A DNA stretch of 32,000 nt, taken from Acaryochloris marina MBIC11017 (GTDB taxonomy: Bacteria; Cyanobacteriota; Cyanobacteriia; Thermosynechococcales; Thermosynechococcaceae). The notes below the pieces were generated by a model that was not told where the DNA came from, searched no databases, and worked only from the letters and a program-made list of their open reading frames with translations. The translations under genes and the position numbers were made by a program. Shown here piece by piece: positions 22,101-29,966 of this stretch. How positions within the stretch are numbered: position 1 is the stretch's first letter; each line of letters starts with the position of its first letter. The stretch is taken from NCBI RefSeq assembly GCF_000018105.1, contig NC_009925.1:1860001-1892000 (forward strand), given 5' to 3'.

Positions 22101-24076
22101 ACAAAATCCCTATCAGCATCGTAGGGGACCGCTATACCGGTCTTAAAGCCTTCAATATGCAGATTGATGTATCGCTGCTCTAACGAAGTGTCATTGACAT
22201 GAACCCCTGTGCCAATGGGTTGACCAGAATGAATTAACCCATTGATGAGGTCAACATTACCGCTATACCGTAAGAGCACCCCATTGTGGCGAATATTCCA
22301 CAGGGCAAAATTATCAATTACGGACCGATAATCATGGGCCGTAAAGGTGGGCACACTGATGTTTAACTGGCCATCTTGATTGGTCTTGCGAGCCCAAAGG
22401 CTAATACCCGATTTTGAGTTATAGCTCTGAAAACCACTGAGTTTCCGTAATGGCACCGCCGCTACATCAATCGTACTCTCGTCTGCAGTACCTTTAGCGA
22501 TATCCTGCAAATCCGGTGGCAGAATGTTGACATCGATGGTTTGTGCATCGCGAACGGATTCTGTGCCGGCGTCAAGCCCCAACAGTTCGATGGCAGATCC
22601 AGCGGCACTCACGGCAATATTATCAATGATGGCAACCTGAGCCGCCCCTTGCACCCAATAGCCATCGCCATTAAAGCCAAAATCAAAGAGATTGGTGCGA
22701 GGAGATAAAGGATTAATATCATGGCTGGGGCTGGCATCCCCGGTGGTTTTGATGGTCAGATTGTTGCGCCAAGTGCCAATTTCGTTCCCCGACTCGGCAA
22801 CAATGCCTGCCCCCACCACATCAAAGACGACATTATCTTCTAGGACTGCATGACTATCGTGGTGGACAATCCCCCAACCCGGACTGCCAACGACGGCATT
22901 GCCTTGGGCCACAGCGGGAATGCCATTAATATCCTCAGCACCGGTCCGATGGAAATGGAGGGCATACCGACCTCTGGGATTGGTCCCTGTACCGACGGAA
23001 CCATCCACGTTCTGGCCAGGATCATCGACGATTAAATTCTTATCAGAACGGCCTAAATTATAAAAACCAGCATTGAGCACCTTAACATCAGCATTGTGCA
23101 TAAACATGACGTGTCCACGCTGCTGATTCGGAATTTGATCTGCATTCTCCGTCTCAAACACAACATTGCGGCTGGTATTCGCAATATACAAATTCACCTG
23201 ATCTTGTAATCCGTCAGGCCTTTTATGATCAAATCGGAGAACCGAGTTATCTCCAGTCAAAATATTGTTGTTCGTAAACCGAATTCGATTGCCGTTGATT
23301 TCTGTAATCGTCAGCACTTCATCCTGAAAACGGGTGTTATCGGCATTGGAGCCTCTCCAGTTGTAGGCCGTACCGCCCAAAACAAGCTGATCGCCGACTT
23401 TCCAGCCCAAGGGGCCACTCGCTCCGTCCAGCTTGAGCACCAGCTCGTTATCCCCAGCCATGGGATCCTGCTCTAGAGCCACAAAATCTAATTTTTCGGC
23501 ACCGTAGATTCTGGCTTTACCATGGCTGATCAAACCTCGGCTGAGCTGCCTTGGGTCCCACTGGGTATCGATGGGACTATCACTGGTAAAGGTGATTCGG
23601 GTGGTGACATCGGCTTGGACCGGATTATCTTCCGTACCAATCAGCAATATCCCTGACGGCGAAACAGCAAAGGTATCTAGCAATAGCTGCGTATCTTGAT
23701 CCGAAGAAAATTGGAGGGTGCCATCTACTCGTAGCGTATCAATGCGGGCAGCACTCTCTTGGTCATAGGTAACCTTGACCCCGTGGGCAATCACAACTTT
23801 GGCGTCATCACCAGGGATCTGCCCACCTTCCCAGGTATTGGGGTCAAACCATGATCCATCCCGTATCGCTTTGTGGGTGGCTTGGGAATGGGGGACGAGA
23901 TCCAAAAAAGCTGCGTGCTCATGTTGTTTGCCTGGATTATCTGCATGGGGTTGCCCCATCCCCCCATGAGACATGGGGTGGGCCGTATTTGGTGTATGAG
24001 ACATACCAGAGGTATGTGAAGCACCAGAAGTATGTGCAGTACCCGGTGTGTGTGATGTGTGTTGATGAGTTTGCAT
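19181..24076 (-). CDS. Giant secreted RTX protein: His-rich N-terminus, G8 domain, right-handed beta-helix, PKD domain, jelly-roll-like domain, about 57 RTX nonapeptides
   Basis: The ORF is open to TTG 24124. The first ATG is 24076 (MQTHQHTSH...), and the 48-nt extension would encode the HIP1 palindrome. Domain evidence is in the sub-features. Confidence 0.95.
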   Translation of the reverse strand: MQTHQHTSHTPGTAHTSGASHTSGMSHTPNTAHPMSHGGMGQPHADNPGKQHEHAAFLDLVPHSQATHKAIRDGSWFDPNTWEGGQIPGDDAKVVIAHGVKVTYDQESAARIDTLRVDGTLQFSSDQDTQLLLDTFAVSPSGILLIGTEDNPVQADVTTRITFTSDSPIDTQWDPRQLSRGLISHGKARIYGAEKLDFVALEQDPMAGDNELVLKLDGASGPLGWKVGDQLVLGGTAYNWRGSNADNTRFQDEVLTITEINGNRIRFTNNNILTGDNSVLRFDHKRPDGLQDQVNLYIANTSRNVVFETENADQIPNQQRGHVMFMHNADVKVLNAGFYNLGRSDKNLIVDDPGQNVDGSVGTGTNPRGRYALHFHRTGAEDINGIPAVAQGNAVVGSPGWGIVHHDSHAVLEDNVVFDVVGAGIVAESGNEIGTWRNNLTIKTTGDASPSHDINPLSPRTNLFDFGFNGDGYWVQGAAQVAIIDNIAVSAAGSAIELLGLDAGTESVRDAQTIDVNILPPDLQDIAKGTADESTIDVAAVPLRKLSGFQSYNSKSGISLWARKTNQDGQLNISVPTFTAHDYRSVIDNFALWNIRHNGVLLRYSGNVDLINGLIHSGQPIGTGVHVNDTSLEQRYINLHIEGFKTGIAVPYDADRDFVGSSLKDSTLVNNDQHFGLTPPHITIKDPDFPSFFQIQGNNTFSDVPGNLAPSVLFTSQAIGGLAMGFDASSSFDPDSTFIDNPSRGIVSYAWDFDGDNVADRFGRQTSYVFDKAGSHNITLQIWDEYGATRSLSQTIEVTPTQYVNAFGNGDFSVNPVFKTDGINHSTSANLGWYAADGVSWDAGIGQGGGVVLSQEAASRSNLGQIIYDSAVRRGMQTLSLDLRNLEGGTGENNEITISLWGVNGEFFNNANTNQGPYQAGALPMERQVLVQQTFGGDDFDWTTLSWDIDFGEGYQFLVFQINTVGTNDGDDWVAVDNILLTGDGSVNPVPVSTTRIDTLPLIFRGTAFDDNGSGGAVDDKLYGGDGNDTLKGLDGDDYLAGHAGDDRLDGGDGDDFLHGYAGDDHLWGANGDDSLQGGDGNDYLGGSWGSDTLDGYRGNDFLRGHQGNDTLWGGEGKDTLDGGEGDDNLGGSLGDDHLNGGKGNDFLHGHEGNDHLWGAEGDDNLIGGDGDDYLGGSWGSDTLDGYRGNDSLNGHQGDDTLWGGEGEDTLHGGEGNDSLGGSLGKDRLDGGNGNDTLNGHEGDDHLWGANGDDSLQGGDGNDYLGGSWGSDTLDGYRGNDFLRGHQGNDTLWGGEGEDTLDGGEGEDYLGGSLGNDHLNGHRGNDTLNGHEGDDTLWGSYGDDNLDGGDGHDSLNGHDGNDTLWGAAGNDTLQGLDGNDYLGGSLGDDRLDGGNGNDTLNGHEGDDHLWGANGDDSLQGGDGDDYLGGSWGDDTLDGYRGNDFLRGHQGHDTLWGGEGKDTLDGGDGDDYLGGSLGDDHLNGAYGEDSLSGHEGNDILWGSYGNDNLNGGDGDDSLTGGAGQDYLVGGGGSDLFVLEATANNKGTIADFVVGEDAIAFRSAQLNTLPLGLISAQQFALGAAATTAEQRFIYDQANGELFYDADGSGAAQQILVGTLLNKANLGAGQIQIV
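19476..21016 (-). repeat. Giant 2: about 57 uninterrupted RTX nonapeptides (27-nt period) with a 10-unit (270-nt) higher-order repeat
   Basis: Manual parse from LYGGDGNDT to LVGGGGSDL. At DNA level, 20281-20320 and 20821-20860 are identical 40-mers. Near-identical blocks recur at offsets of 270, 486 and 540 nt (e.g. 19741.. vs 20227.. vs 20767..; 20511.. vs 20781..). Confidence 0.9.
21680..21860 (-). other. Giant 2 domain: PKD domain
   Basis: IVSYAWDFDGDNVADRFGRQTSYVFDKAGSHNITLQIWDEYGATRSLSQTIEVTP (the WDFGDG-type core motif). Confidence 0.75.
21950..23490 (-). other. Giant 2 domain: right-handed parallel beta-helix region (approximate bounds)
   Basis: Successive short beta-helix-like turns, e.g. 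GNAVVGSPGWGIVHHDSHAVLEDNVVFDVVGAGIVAESGNEIGTWRNNLTIKT and IIDNIAVSAAGSAIEL. Confidence 0.55.
23492..23866 (-). other. Giant 2 domain: G8 domain (approximate bounds)
   Basis: DGSWFDPNTWEGGQIPGDDAKVVIAHGVKVTYDQES..IDTLRVDGTLQF..LLLDTFAVSPSGILLIGTEDNP fits the G8 pattern (W..W.gg.vP..gd.V.I..g..v.lD....l..l.v.G.L.f). Confidence 0.65.
23906..24076 (-). repeat. Giant 2: His-rich N-terminal low-complexity segment with five consecutive hexads [S/A]-H-T-[P/S]-[G/N]-x
   Basis: MQTHQHTSHTPGTAHTSGASHTSGMSHTPNTAHPMSHGGMGQPHADNPGKQHEHAAF: 11 His in 57 residues, with His at positions 9, 15, 21, 27 and 33. Confidence 0.8.
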
Positions 24077-24085
24077 AGAAAACTG

Positions 24086-24105
24086 GATCTTGCGATCGCA
24101 AGATC
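24086..24105. repeat. 20-bp perfect palindrome GATCTTGCGATCGCAAGATC built around a HIP1 core, 10 nt upstream of ATG 24076
   Basis: Read directly; the HIP1 octamer is at 24092-24099. Confidence 0.8.
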
Positions 24106-24175
24106 TCCCCCAAAAAAAGATCAAAGTCTGGTCCTACGACGTCAGCGATAGCAACCAGTGAACAAATTTTTTACT

Positions 24176-24220
24176 GCAACAAACCTAGATAAGCCACGAT
24201 TACTTATCTAGGTTTGTTGC
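24176..24220. repeat. Perfect 18-bp inverted repeat GCAACAAACCTAGATAAG / CTTATCTAGGTTTGTTGC with a 9-nt loop
   Basis: Arms at 24176-24193 and 24203-24220, about 100-145 nt upstream of the giant 2 start. Followed on the plus strand by TATATTCTGAATTTCT. Confidence 0.75.
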
Positions 24221-25153
24221 TATATTCTGAATTTCTAAAAAATACTGGGTGAGTTCGGCTCAGAGCAGGAAAATAAAAGCATGGCAACCTGGTAAATACA
24301 AATCCTTAGGAAATCCAAAAATCAAGAAATAGCCAGATAAACTCTTTATATAAATATTAATCTCAAAAATGATGCACCCTGCATTTTGGATCAATTTTTT
24401 CTAAATATTTAGAGAGTTTATTGGTTCTGGCTATGCCTAAATCAGATAAATTTTGAGCCTAAAGAATAGCCCTATACTAGTTATAGTACCCATTTCATGG
24501 CGACAGCTCTACATAAACAACTCGGTCCAACGTATATTTTCTCTATATACATAAAATATACAAATACTCAAACCGAACCACAAAAAGCCAAAATCAAAAA
24601 ATATTTAATTTCTAAATTAACAACAAATACCCTAAAAATATAGACATCCAATAATCACAGCGGAGAAAAAATATTTTTCAGTATAAATATATTTCAGTTA
24701 TTTTTATCCTTAAAAAATGATTCAAATTATACTTATTTTCGATATTTTTTTAAACTAAATACGACCATTCCTTCTCGATGGCAAGGCGCTTTAAAGCAGA
24801 GATCAGGGTTGGCGACTAGATGATTGCCCCAGCCCCCTGCAACGTCATGGCTTATCAGATCCAAATGGCTTAAAAGATCTAAGCTATGAAGAGATTTCTG
24901 GTCTAGAACAGAGATAGGTCACTGGCTAGACATGTTTTAATACCAATTACCCAGCTAGTTGACCTGTATAGCTCGCCGAAAGCATTGAAAATAAGCCAAT
25001 CATTGAAGTCAAACAGTTCATCTCCACATGAAATTGGTATGAGACCATCGGATAGAAACTTCTTTAGGGATAACCAGTCTCATTCAAACAGCAGGTCATC
25101 ACCGCCTTGTTATCAGCTCATATTATGCGTTCAACCTCTAGGAGCTTTGGTGT

Positions 25154-27607
25154 ATGTCTCGTCGTCAGCCATGGCTAGACAGGCAGCTAGCTAAATACCC
25201 ATTTTTGATCCAACGCCGATGGTGGAGACGAGGGTGCATTAGTTTTTGCCTAGGCCTTTTCCTCTGGGTGTCCTGCTCGATGGGGAGTATATCGGCACAG
25301 TTCAATCCCAAACAGCTGGAAGTACCCGATGGCTTTGGGGTGGCCATTCATTTCACCGACCCCAAACCGGGCGAGATGGATCTGCTAGAGGCTTCAGGGG
25401 TTCGTTGGATACGAGCCGATCTGGTGTGGTTACGGACAGAAGTCAAAAAAGGTCAGTACGACTTTTCAGCCTACGATCGACTGCTGGATCAATTAGAGCG
25501 CCATAATCTCCGGGCCATTTTTATCCTCGACTATGGCAACCCCTTATATGATGGCGGTTTTTCCCCACACACCGATGCTGGGCGTCAGGCGTTTGCTCGC
25601 TGGGCTGTGGCTGCCGTCAAGCATTTCCAAGGACGCGGAGTCGTCTGGGAAATGTACAACGAGCCCAACATTTTGCCCTTTTGGAGTCCTCGCCCCAATG
25701 TCCAGGACTATATCAAGCTGGCCAAAACTGTTGGTAAAGCAATTCACCGGGTCTATCCTCAAGAAGTGATTATTGGCCCCGCTCTTGCGGGTAGTGTGAA
25801 TAAGCCCGGTCGCCAGGAATTTTTGGAAGCCTGTTTTCAGGCTGGCTTATTGGAAGACTGGTCTGCTGTTTCCATTCACCCCTACCGAATCACACGACCT
25901 GAAACCGTAACTCGCGACTATCGCCAATTGCGGCTGTTGATCGCCAAATATGCACCGCCTGGCAAGAAAATTCCCATTATTGCCGGGGAATGGGGCTATC
26001 CATCATCGACGGCTTGGCGGCAGGGCAAAGTCATTGATCCGACGACCCAGGCTAAATATTTAGGGCGGCAATGGTTAAACAATCTGGCCAATGAGATTCC
26101 CTTATCCATTTGGTATGACTGGCAAAATAACGGTCCGAAGGCAGAGGATCCAGAGCATAATTATGGCCTGATTGGCTATGCTGACCCCAAGCAGAATCGA
26201 CCGACCTACGAGGTTAAACCCGCCTATCGGGCTGCCCAAGCCCTCAATCAATCCCTAAAAGGCTTTCAGTTCAATAAACGACTCGATGTTGGGCGTGCGG
26301 ATGATTATGTTTTGCTCTTTAACCAGGGCAATCAGGTCAAAATTGCGGCCTGGACAACCGCACAATCACCCCACACAACCGTTATCCCCACCAGTCCTGG
26401 ATCGTTTCGTGCCCTGGATTATCTCGGCCAAAATCCCAAAACCCTGAAAGCGACGACTCAAGGACTGTCTTTATCTCTCACAGATGCTCCTCAATATCTA
26501 ACCCCTACCCAGCCCAACGCCCTCCTGCAACTGGCCGCCGCCTGGGAAACGCTGCCGCTGGAGCAGGTCGTACCGGGCTCTCAAACCATTGACGTGCCTC
26601 TACGCCTCAGAAATCCCCTCTCAACTCCCATTCAAGTGAATACGGGTACCCAAATCGCGACCATTCCCCCTAGACAAACCCAATCCCTGGTAACCACGGT
26701 AACCCCTTCGCGTCAGGGCAAAGCACAGCCTCTGCGCTTAGAGTGGCAGGTTCGAGGCCTTGGTGTCTTGACGCAACGGACGGATCTGCTGCTCACCAAT
26801 CCTTTGACCGCGACCATTTTGCCCATGGGGGCTAACCAGTTAACCGTCGTTCTTCAGAACCCTGCCGGAACGGCTCTGAAAGGGAGAGCAACCCTGACGA
26901 ATCTCCAAGGGTTAGGGGTCACAACCCGAAGCCAACCCATTCAGTTTGCCTCCGGGGAAACCCAGAAATATCTCAAGTTCAAAGCCCGACGCACGCAAAG
27001 TACCTATCAGGCCGGGTTAGAGGTGACAGAAGGGGGGACCCTGCATACCTTTCCACCTCAGCAGTTCAAGACTGTGATTAATTTTGCCGATCTAAACGCA
27101 AAGACGGTGGGTCAGGCGCTGCAAACTATTCCTGGGGGGGATGCGAAGGTGCGATCGCAACAGTCCCTAACCGTGATACCGTCCGCCTCTCGCTATGCAA
27201 CCACTGTGGGCCGCAACGTGCTCAAAATCACCTATCAATTCCAAGCCGGGTGGAAATATCTACACCTACTCCCCACCCGGCAGTACCAATCTCGATTAAG
27301 CATTCAAGGCCGCCCCCAATCTCTGGGACTTTGGATTCACGGAGATGGGAGTGGGAATCAAATTTCTTTACGGTACCAAGATAAAACTGGGCAAATCTTC
27401 CAGCCCAAGAGTCAGGTCATCACCTGGAAAGGATGGCGGTACATTACCTTTGCCTTAGATGGCCAGGATGCCACGGTATGGGGAGGGGCAGCCGATGGGA
27501 TTGTTCACTATCCCATGCAGCTCAATTCCCTGCTCGCCATCGATAATGCCAAGAAACAGGTTACCTCAGGGGAAATTTATGTCGGCCAGCCCACTTTGGT
27601 ATGGTGA
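25154..27607 (+). CDS. Secreted/membrane-anchored clan GH-A (GH5-like) glycoside hydrolase with a ~400-aa unassigned C-terminal region
   Basis: AGGAG lies 9 nt before ATG 25154. N-terminal basic + hydrophobic segment RRWWRRGCISFCLGLFLWVSC. TIM-barrel motifs VVWEMYNEPN (acid/base Glu, about 25645-25670) and IIAGEWGY (nucleophile Glu, about 25982-25999). Confidence 0.8.
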   Translation: MSRRQPWLDRQLAKYPFLIQRRWWRRGCISFCLGLFLWVSCSMGSISAQFNPKQLEVPDGFGVAIHFTDPKPGEMDLLEASGVRWIRADLVWLRTEVKKGQYDFSAYDRLLDQLERHNLRAIFILDYGNPLYDGGFSPHTDAGRQAFARWAVAAVKHFQGRGVVWEMYNEPNILPFWSPRPNVQDYIKLAKTVGKAIHRVYPQEVIIGPALAGSVNKPGRQEFLEACFQAGLLEDWSAVSIHPYRITRPETVTRDYRQLRLLIAKYAPPGKKIPIIAGEWGYPSSTAWRQGKVIDPTTQAKYLGRQWLNNLANEIPLSIWYDWQNNGPKAEDPEHNYGLIGYADPKQNRPTYEVKPAYRAAQALNQSLKGFQFNKRLDVGRADDYVLLFNQGNQVKIAAWTTAQSPHTTVIPTSPGSFRALDYLGQNPKTLKATTQGLSLSLTDAPQYLTPTQPNALLQLAAAWETLPLEQVVPGSQTIDVPLRLRNPLSTPIQVNTGTQIATIPPRQTQSLVTTVTPSRQGKAQPLRLEWQVRGLGVLTQRTDLLLTNPLTATILPMGANQLTVVLQNPAGTALKGRATLTNLQGLGVTTRSQPIQFASGETQKYLKFKARRTQSTYQAGLEVTEGGTLHTFPPQQFKTVINFADLNAKTVGQALQTIPGGDAKVRSQQSLTVIPSASRYATTVGRNVLKITYQFQAGWKYLHLLPTRQYQSRLSIQGRPQSLGLWIHGDGSGNQISLRYQDKTGQIFQPKSQVITWKGWRYITFALDGQDATVWGGAADGIVHYPMQLNSLLAIDNAKKQVTSGEIYVGQPTLVW

Positions 27608-27645
27608 ACCATCGACATACATAAGCACGAAGGTCTTGGATAGGT

Positions 27646-28656
27646 ATGCCCCAAGCAGCCGGACATCCCCCGCAACAACGGATCGAATGGATTGATTATG
27701 CCAAAGGCATCGGCATTTTTCTGGTCGTTCTCGGCCATGTCCTGCGAGGGCTAGGGGCTTCCGTTGGTCAGGGCTATCAGCCCGAACTACGGGCAATGGA
27801 TCAGTGGATCTATGCCTTTCATATGCCTTTATTTTTTTTGCTCTCAGGGTTATTTGCAGACCGTGCCGTCTCTAAACCGCCTCGCAGGTTTCTGATCGAT
27901 CGATTTCAAAAGATTCTCTACCCTTACTTTCTCTGGTCTGCCCTTGTGGGCGCACTCCGCATTCTCTCAGGCCAAAACAAAGGAACGACCCTGCTCCAAT
28001 TTCTCACGGGATTTTGGACGACGATTTATTACCCCATTGATATCTTCTGGTTCTTATTTGCCTTATTTTTAATCTCGACCCTGTTCTATGGCTTAAGAAA
28101 GCTCAAAGTATCCTTGGTGCTACTTCTCTTAGTCTCAAGTGCGCTGTACGGGGTATCGGTGATTTTTCCCCTCTGGATCAGTTGGGATCCTGGGCAACGC
28201 GTTCAAACCTATGGCCTCTATTTTGTGCTGGGGGCCATGGCTCGTGCCTTCCTCATGGCGAAACGTCCTCCTCAAGCCATGGGGGTAGATATCATGGGTA
28301 GCTTCTTAATCCTGACCCTTTGCGTCTATTACCAAGTTCTAGTGACCCCTGTCCCTAACCCAGTCCTAGCCTTGATCGGGGTGTATGGTTGCATATTACT
28401 CGCTCAGTTGCTCGCCCAACAGCAATGGCTACCCATCGTCCAACAGTGGGGCATGGCCTCCCTCCCCATCTATGTCTCCCATACCATCGCCACCGCCACC
28501 ACCCGCATCATCTTGGAAAAAGGGCTTCAGGTCAGCCATCTTTATGTCCATGTTGTTTTGGGGGTGATAGCGGGGTTGTTGCTGCCCATGCTGTTGGTTA
28601 AGGGTCTCGAACGCATCGGTTTCCCCTATTTGTTTACCTTGGCTCATAAAGCCTAG
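27646..28656 (+). CDS. Acyltransferase family 3 (OafA/WecH-like integral-membrane O-acyltransferase)
   Basis: RIEWIDYAKGIGIFLVVLGHV N-terminal signature. About 10 hydrophobic helices. Starts 38 nt after the GH gene. Confidence 0.85.
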   Translation: MPQAAGHPPQQRIEWIDYAKGIGIFLVVLGHVLRGLGASVGQGYQPELRAMDQWIYAFHMPLFFLLSGLFADRAVSKPPRRFLIDRFQKILYPYFLWSALVGALRILSGQNKGTTLLQFLTGFWTTIYYPIDIFWFLFALFLISTLFYGLRKLKVSLVLLLLVSSALYGVSVIFPLWISWDPGQRVQTYGLYFVLGAMARAFLMAKRPPQAMGVDIMGSFLILTLCVYYQVLVTPVPNPVLALIGVYGCILLAQLLAQQQWLPIVQQWGMASLPIYVSHTIATATTRIILEKGLQVSHLYVHVVLGVIAGLLLPMLLVKGLERIGFPYLFTLAHKA

Positions 28657-28662
28657 GCTCGA

Positions 28663-28699
28663 CGGTTCCTCTCCCCTCCGTGCCCGATAGGGAGAACCG
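28663..28699. terminator. Imperfect GC-rich hairpin between convergent genes (CGGTTCCTCTCCC...GGGAGAACCG)
   Basis: Read directly. The stem has bulges and there is no clear T-run. Confidence 0.3.
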
Positions 28700-28700
28700 G

Positions 28701-29939
28701 CTATGACTCTTGGGGATTGGCTGAATTCAAATGTTTGAGCCCCAACCGCAAGGGCCGGATCAGAAAATAGAGAAAATACAGGGGCTTCGGCAAAATGAGA
28801 AAGTCACGATCGTTGACATTGGGTAAACACTTGAGCCAAAAGCCATGAATCGGGCGACGAATATCGAGGATACAGGCAATGCGATCGCGTCTCGTTTCCG
28901 TCATTTGCCAGTGACGAATAAACTTCTGGGGCGTAAAACTTCTGCCTAACGTATTCTCTTGATCAAATAGCCGTTGCGCAAAATCTTGCGCCAGCCGCGA
29001 GCAGCCCGGATGAGCATCAATTTTCCCTTGCACCACCTCTGGCAACTCGGTTCCCAGCACTTGCTGGGTCAGACATAATCCCAGCAGCACCATACGTTCG
29101 CAGCCCATCTGGGCCGCCTGCTGTAAAAATCGCGGCCAATCGCGCCCTGGCGTTTGTTGAATACACTCAGAGACATCACAGATCCATTTGAGTTTTCGCC
29201 AACAATCTTTCGAGCCATGAATGCAGAGATACATCAACAAATCATCTGCCCCAAAACTATAGAAGGTGTGGCCTGAAACCAAAACCGGCTCACGATTATC
29301 CCAAAGATAATCAAACGTAAATTGAGAAGACAAAAATCGTTCTACCGTGAGCGTCTGGTGCAAATCAATCGATACCGAATTTTTGATCAACTGATATTCA
29401 CTTTTAGAATTCCGGAGCGTTAACTCTAAATCCTGATCCAGTAAGTTCCACTCATAAGCCAGTTGGTACCCCTCCACAACCAGCACCTCTATGGTTTTGG
29501 CAAAGTCTAGAGGACTCACCAAAATATCTAAATCACAAAAATGTCGTAGGCTGATGCTGCCGTATACAGAAGCCGCTAATACTGGCCCTTTAAACGGTAA
29601 AGCTCGAATACCGTGAGTTTGTAAGAAATCCAGAATCTTGAGCAGATCTCTAGTCAAGACGGTATTGAAGATGGCAATTTGCTGGACATAAGCCGTTAGA
29701 TCCTTCAGGACGATAGCAGGAATTTGCTCCTTCCCAATCGACTTAACGGATTGATACAGCAGCGTTTGAACACCATGGACATTTGCGAGTCGAACCAAGG
29801 TATGCCAATCCATTGAAGGTTGAAGAAGATGTCGAATTCGCGCTTGCTGATCCCCATCTATCTTCGTACGGCAACACATCCGTAAGAGTTCAACTTCAGG
29901 GCAGTCATTAGCCTTCTGCTCAAGTCCCCCCAATGCCAT
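28701..29939 (-). CDS. Uncharacterised nucleotidyltransferase-family protein (NTP_transf_5-like, Pol-beta-type fold)
   Basis: PFKGPVLAASVYGSISLRHFCDLDILV matches the G[SG]...D.D nucleotidyltransferase signature. The track starts at TTG 29951; ATG 29939 has AAGGA just upstream. Confidence 0.7.
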   Translation of the reverse strand: MALGGLEQKANDCPEVELLRMCCRTKIDGDQQARIRHLLQPSMDWHTLVRLANVHGVQTLLYQSVKSIGKEQIPAIVLKDLTAYVQQIAIFNTVLTRDLLKILDFLQTHGIRALPFKGPVLAASVYGSISLRHFCDLDILVSPLDFAKTIEVLVVEGYQLAYEWNLLDQDLELTLRNSKSEYQLIKNSVSIDLHQTLTVERFLSSQFTFDYLWDNREPVLVSGHTFYSFGADDLLMYLCIHGSKDCWRKLKWICDVSECIQQTPGRDWPRFLQQAAQMGCERMVLLGLCLTQQVLGTELPEVVQGKIDAHPGCSRLAQDFAQRLFDQENTLGRSFTPQKFIRHWQMTETRRDRIACILDIRRPIHGFWLKCLPNVNDRDFLILPKPLYFLYFLIRPLRLGLKHLNSANPQES

Positions 29940-29966
29940 TAAGTCCTTCAATCTCTCACCCTAGGA

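Noticed and set aside
19153-24078. Nested ORFs inside giant gene 2 (e.g. 20583-20789, 21015-21215, 23225-23476, 23791-24024, 23851-24078)
   Set aside because: For the same reason they are frame-shifted or antisense readings of a repetitive coding region, e.g. the PSPPS/LPW repeats from the antisense of GGxGxD codons.
24231-24616. Recurrent TTTCTAAA word (24232, 24398, 24609) in the giant 2 upstream spacer, considered as a regulator-binding motif
   Set aside because: The same 8-mer or its complement also occurs at 2683, 12021 and inside coding DNA at about 18340. It is compatible with chance in AT-rich sequence.
24985-25194. 69-aa ORF upstream of and overlapping the GH gene start
   Set aside because: Ser-rich low-complexity translation. 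It overlaps the SD and ATG of the GH gene and shows no motif.
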